The notes below the pieces were generated by a model. It saw nothing but the letters and a program-made list of their open reading frames with translations, did no database searches and was not told the DNA's origin. Below are positions 56,290-64,000 of a DNA stretch of 64,000 bases, one piece after another. Source of the stretch: a virus. The DNA lies in the IMG/VR virus record IMGVR_UViG_3300033145_000788, positions 1 to 64,000 of that record; one strand, written 5' to 3'. The translations under genes and the position numbers were made by a program. Numbering within the stretch: position 1 is the first letter of the stretch; every line of letters begins with the position of its first letter.

Positions 56290-57563
56290 TTGGGAGAATA
56301 TAGAAGGGAGAAAATAATGATACCCAAAACATTACATAGCAATAAAAAGCCTATTCCACCACTTGATAGACTTCTTCGAGAAAATGTGTATAGAATTTGT
56401 CCTAAATGCGGAAGCTCAATGGTAAGAACAAAATGGTTTTTCTTTGGCAAAAAGAAATGCATTCATCCGGAATGTGGATATGAGATGTAAAGGCTGTTCT
56501 ATTAAGAAGGAGGCAGAAGATTAAAGGAAGGGTAGGAGATGAAAATACAGTTAAATCTAGATGATTTAAAAATATTGGCAAAAAGGGCAGCTGAGGCAGG
56601 AATCGAATCAAGGTGGATTGAGGTAGCCCTTGAATGGATGGAGGCTACCGACAGGCGCATAATAGAATTGGAAGAGGGATTAAGTAAGAAACCATTGGAT
56701 AGAAATAATAGGAGATAAGAAGAAAGTATAAAGGAAGAGAAGCAAACATAAGATGAGGGAAACGGTAAAAAGGATAGATGGGGAATAGAAACCATCAAAA
56801 TAAAAATTCCTAAAATATAAGATAAAACCAGATATCCCTATAAAAGTATAAGAGGGATGGTAGAAGTAAGATTTATTATTTAATCCTTTTTATTTGTTTG
56901 GAAGTAGGTTATACTATATATAATTGTGATTTTAGTGTCCCCTGCCGCCCCTGGAAGGGGGCTTTGTAGAATTGGCAAGAAGGATACGCATGGATGACTG
57001 CCCGATTGGGACGGGGAAAATCCTGTATGGCCCGGGAGGAAGTTGAGTTCACTTGCCAATTCTACGGCCATTAATAAATTTAAAATGGAAAAATCATAAA
57101 ACCCCCCATTAAAGGAATGAAGCACGAACCCTACGGTCCCGACTATATGGTTGGAGCTTGGGTGGCTCTTTTGCGTTATCTTCTTGGTAAAGAACAGGCA
57201 CGAAATGATTTTAAGGCCGAAACCGGCATTGATATTCAGAGCGTAGTCAATGCTAGGAGTTTAAATAAACTCATAGATGAAGCAACCGGATTCACAAAGG
57301 ATGCGGTAATTAAGTGGGCTGATTGGGTAACTGTGAACCATTGGGGAGAGTATTGAAGAAATAAACAATGCCTGAAGGAAGAAAGAGCGGTGGGGCCAAG
57401 AAGATAGGCCGGAACGGTCTGAAATAGGCTGGCCCTGGGGCGTGAACAGACTTATTTTTGGTTTAAGCCCTTAGCCTTATGCCTTTGTATAGGTTTAGAC
57501 CCGGAATTGGTTTGGAAGGTGTTTTATCCCCCGGTAAAAGAAAAGCCGTTCCTTGAAAAAAAG

Positions 57564-57592
57564 TTTAAAAGCAGGCCGTCTTATTATATAAT
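57564..57592 (+). promoter_or_regulatory. Promoter TTTAAA-N17-TATAAT
   Basis: Recurring class. Confidence 0.72.
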
Positions 57593-58037
57593 ATAGGTAA
57601 GGAAAGAATATTAGAAAGAGGAAGGGGAATGAAAGCGATGTTCAGGAAGGAGAGAAAGACCGTAGATCTTGTCAAGGAGAATGTCCATACGGTCTGGATG
57701 AAGGTCGGCGGGAGGATAATCAAGAGGCATAAAAGGAAGCACAATGTAAAGAAAGGAGAATAAATGTTTGGTCTGACACAGAAAGAAAAAGAGCCCCTTC
57801 ATCCCAAAGTTAAACCGGGCAGTGAAGTGGCAATGACAAGCCTTCTGAGGACCGAGGTTCTTGGAGACAGGATAGAAGTTCTTGAAAGCAAGTTGGATCT
57901 GATGGAAGGCTGGTTCAATGATGTTGAGAAGGATTTGGCGGATTTGAGAAAGGATATGGTTTGTGTAGGATCGTTCCTTGAGGATTTAAAGGGGATATTT
58001 GAGGGTTTACGATTTATAGTTGGGAGGAGGACGAGTG

Positions 58038-58358
58038 ATGGCTCCGAATGAATATAGGATGTTAGATGCTAAAGTGGCCGACAAGGTGTTTGGTTACGGT
58101 TATATTCCATCTCATTATTCTACCCGGGCAAGATCTACCCTGGTTGTCTGGAACCATTTGGTAAAACAAGGATATGCCCCGGCCTTGATAACGGACGACA
58201 TCACCGGGAAGTTTGCCATGGCCACCGAGGGGGGACAGTCGGTCCAAGTGGATAAGGAAGGCCCGGATTTATTCTGGTTTGTGGTCGAGAAGGGAGACTG
58301 GTACGACACGGTCGGCGAGGCTATATGCCAGTACGCTTTGAAGGTGATAGAGGAGTGA
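58038..58358 (+). CDS. Phage ABA-sandwich-like protein
   Basis: LDAKVADKVFG..PSHYST..AICQYALK. Confidence 0.6.
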   Translation: MAPNEYRMLDAKVADKVFGYGYIPSHYSTRARSTLVVWNHLVKQGYAPALITDDITGKFAMATEGGQSVQVDKEGPDLFWFVVEKGDWYDTVGEAICQYALKVIEE

Positions 58359-58655
58359 TGTTCTGGGTGATATTCATTGGGGTGGTAGTCGGGATTCCGG
58401 CGGCCCTGGTGGTTGCGATGCTGATAGCCCTGCACCGGATGAAGAAGGAGTGAGAGATGGACGGTGTTGAGATGATTTTTTGGTCGGTATCCGGAGGCAT
58501 TATTATATGGGCGGCAATTTTATTTGTCTTGGAGAGATTATGGCCCTAATTATAAGCATTTGCCAGTTGATGATTATCTCTGGCTTGATCCTGATGGGGA
58601 TAAGGTTTTCCCTGGGGCTTTTGGACAGATGATTAATAAAGGAAGAGATTAAATA

Positions 58656-58940
58656 ATGGCTAACTGGAAGAGGGTCGGATTGGGTATTTGGACAGATGAA
58701 TTTCAGCGCATTAAGAGCGGTGAACAGAAGTTTGTGATTGAATGGGATGGGGATGAAAATATTAATATTGGGGATATCCTTGTTTTGGAAGAGGATTCTT
58801 TCGAAGGAAATACGGGAGAAGTGCAGACTGCTGAGGTCACAAGCATTGAAAGAAGAAAATATATTGGCCTCACTGAAGGGTGGATATGCATGTCCATCCG
58901 CCCCATAGAAAACGATTTCAGGGGAGCGAGTAAATTCTGA
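58656..58940 (+). CDS. ASCH/DUF3850-like protein
   Basis: FQRIKSGEQKF, IGDILVLEE, GWICMSI. Confidence 0.7.
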   Translation: MANWKRVGLGIWTDEFQRIKSGEQKFVIEWDGDENINIGDILVLEEDSFEGNTGEVQTAEVTSIERRKYIGLTEGWICMSIRPIENDFRGASKF

Positions 58941-59853
58941 TGGGAGATAAATACATAATACGATGGACACAGCACAACTTGGAGGGATACGTCCGCCCCG
59001 AGAACGGGGAAGGTTGGGACACCTGGGCTGAGGCCCGGTCCCGGAAGAAAGTCCTGGAGCGGGAACACCTGGGGAGGGAATTCTTCATTGTGACGGTCGA
59101 GGAGAGTTTAAGGGACTTAAAATGATAAACACAATAAAATGGATTATTGAATGGAGAGAAATTTTAGCGGGCATAGTTGGAATGATATTGTTACTTATAG
59201 CCGGTGGGTGGATACTAGGTCTTTCATTGGCGGTAATAATATATGGGAGTTAAAAAAATGAGATACGTTGTAAAATGGACGAAGGACGACAAGGTGGGAT
59301 ACCTATATCCCGATGACGATCCAGAGGGGTATGGTTCTTGGGTAGATGCCAATGTCGGAATGGCTGTTGCCGCAGCGAAAACCGGATACCACTTTGAGAT
59401 TGTTTCGGCTGAGGAAGTACCGGCCGGTCTCCGGAGGCGGCGCGGGACAAAGATAATTGGCCGGGGGGTAAACAGGATAGGATAGAAAGGGTAGAAATGA
59501 AACTCCGAAAAGTTAAGAATAAAATCACAAAACTCTCGAAAAGGGCATCGAAATTAAATGTCAGGATGTCAAGAGAAGAAGTGTTTAATCTTCTTGGTTG
59601 GCCGACTTGGGTGGTGATGTCGGGGGATGAGGGGAAGTTGGCTCTTCCCGATCCGGGAATAGAGCTTGAACTTTATTGGAAGAATCCCGGTTGGAGGCCT
59701 GTGGTTGTCCAGTTCGATGAGAGTTATGAAGTTACTGGCTGGGATGAAGGTCGGACCTACTGTGGGGATGACGTCCGTTTGTTTGAACCGTCGGATGAAT
59801 ATTTGTGTAGTAAAGTTGATCCAGCGGAATATTATGAATGAAAGGATAAACCA

Positions 59854-60213
59854 ATGACCCCCGGCAGAGCGATCCGTAAATACTGTATTAATTGTGTCAG
59901 CGGGGTTACCGAAGTAAAAGATTGCCGGGGTGACAAGTGCCTTGGCGGTTTGGGTGGCGAGAACGGAGTCTGCTATCTGTTTCCTTATCGCATGGGCAAG
60001 GGTCGGCCAAGATTAAGAACGATCAAGCGGTTCTGCATAGAATGTCAGGGCGGCGATAAGGAGAGAAAGGTTCAAAAGAAGGAAATTTTGGATGGCGTCA
60101 GGGGATGCCTCTCTACCGATTGCTGGCTTTATCCGTTCCGTATAGGTAAGAACCCGAATATTAAGGACGGGAACCGGAGAGCGGCCCACTTCAAAAAGGT
60201 TAAAAAGGGATAG
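59854..60213 (+). CDS. Cys-rich phage protein with internal duplication
   Basis: AIRKYCINC..CYLFPYRMGK repeated as TIKRFCIEC..CWLYPFRIGK. Confidence 0.7.
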   Translation: MTPGRAIRKYCINCVSGVTEVKDCRGDKCLGGLGGENGVCYLFPYRMGKGRPRLRTIKRFCIECQGGDKERKVQKKEILDGVRGCLSTDCWLYPFRIGKNPNIKDGNRRAAHFKKVKKG

Positions 60214-60291
60214 TTATAGGGGGAAAAAGGGGCTTATTTTTGGTTTTAGCAACCGGGCCTAATAGAAAGGGTAAGGAAAGGGGAATTTTAA

Positions 60292-60741
60292 ATGCAAATG
60301 TCGGATTTACTGATTAAGAATGAGGATGATTACTTAAATGCTCTTGATCGGATTATGCATCTGACGGGAGCCAAGCCGGGATCAGATATGGCTACCGAGC
60401 TATCCCTTTGGAACATAGTGGTTGAGGCGTATGAGAATATGTATGTTCCCTCGGAGAAGGAAAGTAGGGAATGGGCAGTAGGAGAAGGAAGCCTTGGTCC
60501 TAAGGTAGATCTTAAAGATGTGAAAGGTTTAGTTAGGAATATTCAACGAACCCTTAATGATTCCGGCCATTTGCTGAAGGATTTTTCTTGGGAGGCACAA
60601 ACTCATATAAAAGAAGCCCCCACTCGATTTGGGGAAATGCTTCGTTATCCCGCAGGGGTTTCTCATATCTACTTAAATTTGTTCTTTAATCCTGACCAAA
60701 AAGAGTTTGAATTTTATATGAGGAGAGATAATGCCCGCTAA
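60292..60741 (+). CDS. Protein with HigA-antitoxin-like N-terminal region
   Basis: IKNEDDYLNALDRI..AKPGS..L..VVEAYE. Confidence 0.55.
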   Translation: MQMSDLLIKNEDDYLNALDRIMHLTGAKPGSDMATELSLWNIVVEAYENMYVPSEKESREWAVGEGSLGPKVDLKDVKGLVRNIQRTLNDSGHLLKDFSWEAQTHIKEAPTRFGEMLRYPAGVSHIYLNLFFNPDQKEFEFYMRRDNAR

Positions 60742-61658
60742 AGATGTAGAGATACTCGGGGCCTTTGTCCGGGACATCATAGTCAGGAAAGACCGAACTC
60801 CGAACCTCTTCATTTCGTTTGAGGAAGGGGAGGTGGTCTCCCTGAATATCACGTTCCGGGATGAGGAGATGGAGGTATGGGCGGACAAGGCCGTTGAAGG
60901 ATGTGTGACCCCCGATGATTTTAACAAAAACTTTCAATGGTTGCGTGAGAATTCTGTTGATTACGCAGGTTTGTGGGTGGCGCTCAAGGACGGGGTTTTA
61001 CTTGGGAACGATGAAAGTCGGGCTAGATTACGTTCGGCTTTGGCGGGTATGCTCAAGGATGTTTTGTTTTTTAAGGTTGAAGATGGTGGGAGCTATGAAT
61101 ATAAATGCCTTCATCCTAATGCCCGGAGGACCCTTGAAATTGGCAGCCGCAAGTTCTGGCGTTGCCCGGATTGCGGTGCGGAAGGAGAGGAGAAATGCCC
61201 TTCCATATAATGGTTCTGGATAAAAGAACAACCGATTCGACTCCGTATGTTTCTACAAGAGGAATGACCCCGCATTGGAAAGATAAGGAAGAAGCCCAGA
61301 GGACGGCGGACCTTTTGAACGGGTGGAACGTTGGGTTGTACCGGGAGATATATTATTGGGTGAAGGAGATAGAATGCTAACGAAGAACTTCAAGCTGGAT
61401 AGGAAGAAAGGTCATGATTGGGAAATGATTCTGGCCGTAGATCTGTCGAACGACGTTAAGCTGATGGCTGAGGCGGGATACGTCAAGGAGATAGAAATTA
61501 TTGCCGACGAATTCACCGCATTGATTCTTAAGGAGTTTGGCCTGGAAGCAGGTCGATATGCAAGGACGGAAGACGTGAAGAGGGCAAATGAGATCTTGGT
61601 CAGGGAGAAGGGCAGGTAGCAAATTGATATCATTGAAGAAAAAAAAAGAAAAAAAAGG

Positions 61659-61686
61659 TTGACTCCTATGAAAAAAAGGTTATAAT
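61659..61686 (+). promoter_or_regulatory. Sigma70-type promoter
   Basis: A-tract, TTGACT 61659-61664, 16 nt, TATAAT 61681-61686. Confidence 0.65.
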
Positions 61687-61717
61687 AGGGCTAAATATAT
61701 GAGAAAAGGAGAAGATC

Positions 61718-61861
61718 ATGTATCTGGTTTCCAAGTGTTGCGTGGGCATCGAGTGTCGGTATCGTGGCAACGGAACGTTCAAGAAGATTAACAAAAGATT
61801 GGGTTTGAAGGAAGATTTCCTGGCCGCTGAGAGTATTGCATCCGCCGACGGGCATGTTTGA
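61718..61861 (+). pseudogene. Truncated DUF523-like N-terminus
   Basis: MYLVSKCCVGIECRYRG resembles LVSACLLG.xCRYDG; similarity stops before the expected CPE motif. Confidence 0.55.
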
Positions 61862-62363
61862 TCTCTTTTTGGAGAAGGGGAAATGGCCGGATTTCTATCG
61901 CCCCTATTGCCGGGAGATGTTGAGAGGCGTCCTGACGGATTATTATAGAGAACAGGATTTAAACGGAATCGTCGTATTGAGGGGGGAGCGGGCGGAGGAG
62001 AAGTCGAACCAGAGCAAAAGAAGAAACGTTAGATTTATAAAAAGGGATGGGGTGACGTATTTTGCTCCGATCTATTTTAGCAAGAAAGATGCGGGGGAGA
62101 AGATAATAGCCGAGAACGGTCTCCCCGTATGGGAGGGATATGAAAGGGGATTAAAGAGAACGGCATGTAGGATATGCCCCGGACAAAGGACGGTGGCGTA
62201 CGCGGTAATAAGAAAGGATTTCCCCGATATATGGGAAGAGTTAACTTGGTTGGAAAAGAGGTTGGGATTGGGGGTATGGAGAGAGATTAACGGTGTTCGG
62301 GGTTCTTTTAAAGAGATGGCAGATAAGGGGGATATAAATTTATCTAAGAAACCAATGCGTTAA
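61836..62363 (+). pseudogene. PAPS-reductase-like protein lacking its N-terminal PP-loop
   Basis: G.R.EE..S.RR, P..F, YERGLKRTACRICP; no SGGKDS motif, no SD. Confidence 0.65.
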
Positions 62364-62406
62364 ATGGGACTTATGGGATATTGTGAGGTTTTGATAGGAG
62401 GTAAAA

Positions 62407-62934
62407 ATGAAAAAAAAGACTCTTGCGCGGCCCGGCCATGCCAAAGCTGACTACCAGTTAAAACAGAGGCGGCTCCTGGTCTCGGCGTTGAGGTTGCGGG
62501 GCTTATCTCATCAGGAGATAGCGGATAAGTTAGCCGAGCAGGGGATTTATTCCCCGTGTCGTCTTAAGAAGGAAGAACCCTTGAGCGTGACGACAATCTC
62601 GCACGACTTGAAAATCATAGCAAGGGAATGGCGCGCCGAGATGATCGAGAATATGGATGCGTTAAAGGCAAGGAAGCTGGCCGAGTTCCGAGAGGTGAAG
62701 AAAGCCGCTTGGTCAGGGAAGAATTATATGTCTATTCTCAGGGCGCTTGAGAATGAATGTAAGATATTGGGCCTTTATGACAAGGATAACAGGATTAAGG
62801 TTGACGTGTCTCTAAGGGAGGTTATAGAGGCGCTTCCCGAAGAGCTGAGGACTACCGTGGAGATGGGCTTGATGGAGGCGGTGACAGCGAAGGCGGATGG
62901 AAGCGGCAAAAAAGCAGATATCAGATATCATTGA
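62407..62934 (+). CDS. Terminase small subunit (HTH)
   Basis: LRLRGLSHQEIA..SVTTISHDL, CKILGL; directly upstream of TerL. Confidence 0.7.
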   Translation: MKKKTLARPGHAKADYQLKQRRLLVSALRLRGLSHQEIADKLAEQGIYSPCRLKKEEPLSVTTISHDLKIIAREWRAEMIENMDALKARKLAEFREVKKAAWSGKNYMSILRALENECKILGLYDKDNRIKVDVSLREVIEALPEELRTTVEMGLMEAVTAKADGSGKKADIRYH

Positions 62935-64000
62935 TGTGATAAAGGGAAAGTTTACGGACGAACAAATCCAAGCGTATCTGGACGACAAGGCGAGCGGTGG
63001 AAACCCCTATTCCAAATACGCCGATGACCCGGTCGGATTCTGCGAGGAGGAGTTGGGTTGTACCCTGACCGATGATATCATTACGATGATGGAGGCCGTC
63101 CGAGATTACAGGGTTGTAATCGCCATATCGGGAAATGCGCCGGGCAAGACGTTTGCTGCCGCTCACATGGCCCATTGGTTTTACAAGTGTTTGCCTAATT
63201 CCCAGGTTATCTTGACGGCCCCGCATCCGGGCGAAGACAATCTAAAGAGAAAGTTGTGGGGGGAGATCGAGAAAGTATTTGGGCATAATCCAATGGTCTT
63301 TAAGGACGACAGGATCGTTACCTTGGAGATTTCCCCGAAGGCCGATAACCGAGATCGTCAATATCGGCATTTTATTCAGGGGATTACGCTTCCGCAGTCG
63401 GGAAGTGAAGAGGAAAAAATTTCGAAACTTTCCGGATCGCATGCCGACAATATTATGTATATTTTGGATGAAGGAGACGCTGTTCCTGAGTGGGCGTTCA
63501 AGGCCATTGATTCTTCGATGTCTGGCGGTAATGCCCGTCTCCTGATTATGTATAACCCGAAGAGGAAAGCCGGTGCCGCCTATAAGAAGATTCGGAGCGG
63601 TCAAGCCCATGTCGTTCGGCTGGATGTGTTGAAACATCCCAATGTTCTGACCGGAAAGATTATCGTCCCGGGCGGGGCAGTTACCCGGGAACAGACGGTT
63701 AAGAGGATCAATGAGTGGACGGAACCTCTCCCAAAGGAATATAAACCGGACGCCACTTGTTGGGAGATTCCTGATTTTCTGGTAGGCGCCACGGCGATAA
63801 GTGATAGTGGGAAGGAATTCCCCCCATTGGAAAAGGAATGGCGGAAGATCAAGGACGCCGAGTTCTATTACATGGTCCTGGGAGAGTATCCGGCGGAAGG
63901 TTCGGATCAGTTAATCGCCCAAGCGGATATAGACAAGGCTGTTTCGAGATGGAAGATTTTCGTGGCCGAACACGGAAAGGAACACGACATAAGACCAGTT
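62897..64000 (+). CDS. terL: Terminase large subunit, ATPase domain (3' end outside window; absent from ORF track)
   Basis: YADDPVGFCEEELG, SGNAPGKT Walker A, TAP, SGSH..YILDEGD Walker B, YNP. Confidence 0.88.
   Translation, partial: MEAAKKQISDIIDVIKGKFTDEQIQAYLDDKASGGNPYSKYADDPVGFCEEELGCTLTDDIITMMEAVRDYRVVIAISGNAPGKTFAAAHMAHWFYKCLPNSQVILTAPHPGEDNLKRKLWGEIEKVFGHNPMVFKDDRIVTLEISPKADNRDRQYRHFIQGITLPQSGSEEEKISKLSGSHADNIMYILDEGDAVPEWAFKAIDSSMSGGNARLLIMYNPKRKAGAAYKKIRSGQAHVVRLDVLKHPNVLTGKIIVPGGAVTREQTVKRINEWTEPLPKEYKPDATCWEIPDFLVGATAISDSGKEFPPLEKEWRKIKDAEFYYMVLGEYPAEGSDQLIAQADIDKAVSRWKIFVAEHGKEHDIRPV

Noticed and set aside
1-64000. tRNA/rRNA genes, integrase, reverse transcriptase/DGR, genome-wide stop-codon reassignment
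   Set aside because: None recognised; TGA, TAG and TAA all end normal genes, so the UGA at 16396 is site-specific.

Overview
A 64-kb segment of a large tailed bacteriophage genome with almost all genes on the + strand. Order: end of tail module (1-4.8 kb), lysis (amidase, trypsin-like protease, 3TM holin), phosphoesterase and HAD genes, an AT-rich control region with early small genes (10-14 kb), a self-sufficient replication/recombination block (SF2 helicase, initiator-like protein, DnaB, primase, two beta-clamp-like genes, clamp loader, DnaE-UDG fusion, UvsY-like, gp32-like SSB, RecA, 5'-3' exonuclease, resolvase, split SbcC plus SbcD), a sugar/radical-SAM modification cluster, many small accessory genes, then terminase small and large subunits running off the end. 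Main observations: (1) two distinct RNA-guided TIGR-Tas-type loci, an HNH-Nop gene (TasH-like, 34304-35257) and a RuvC-Nop gene (TasR-like, 39212-40345), each flanked on both sides by 36-nt dual-repeat/dual-spacer arrays with different repeat codes (28 units in total); (2) an HNH endonuclease gene with its own promoter and RBS nested antisense, codon-for-codon, inside an open DNA-methyltransferase reading frame; (3) a glutaredoxin-like gene with an in-frame UGA in a U-x-x-C motif, a candidate phage selenoprotein. All calls are from motif reading by eye; no database searches were run.
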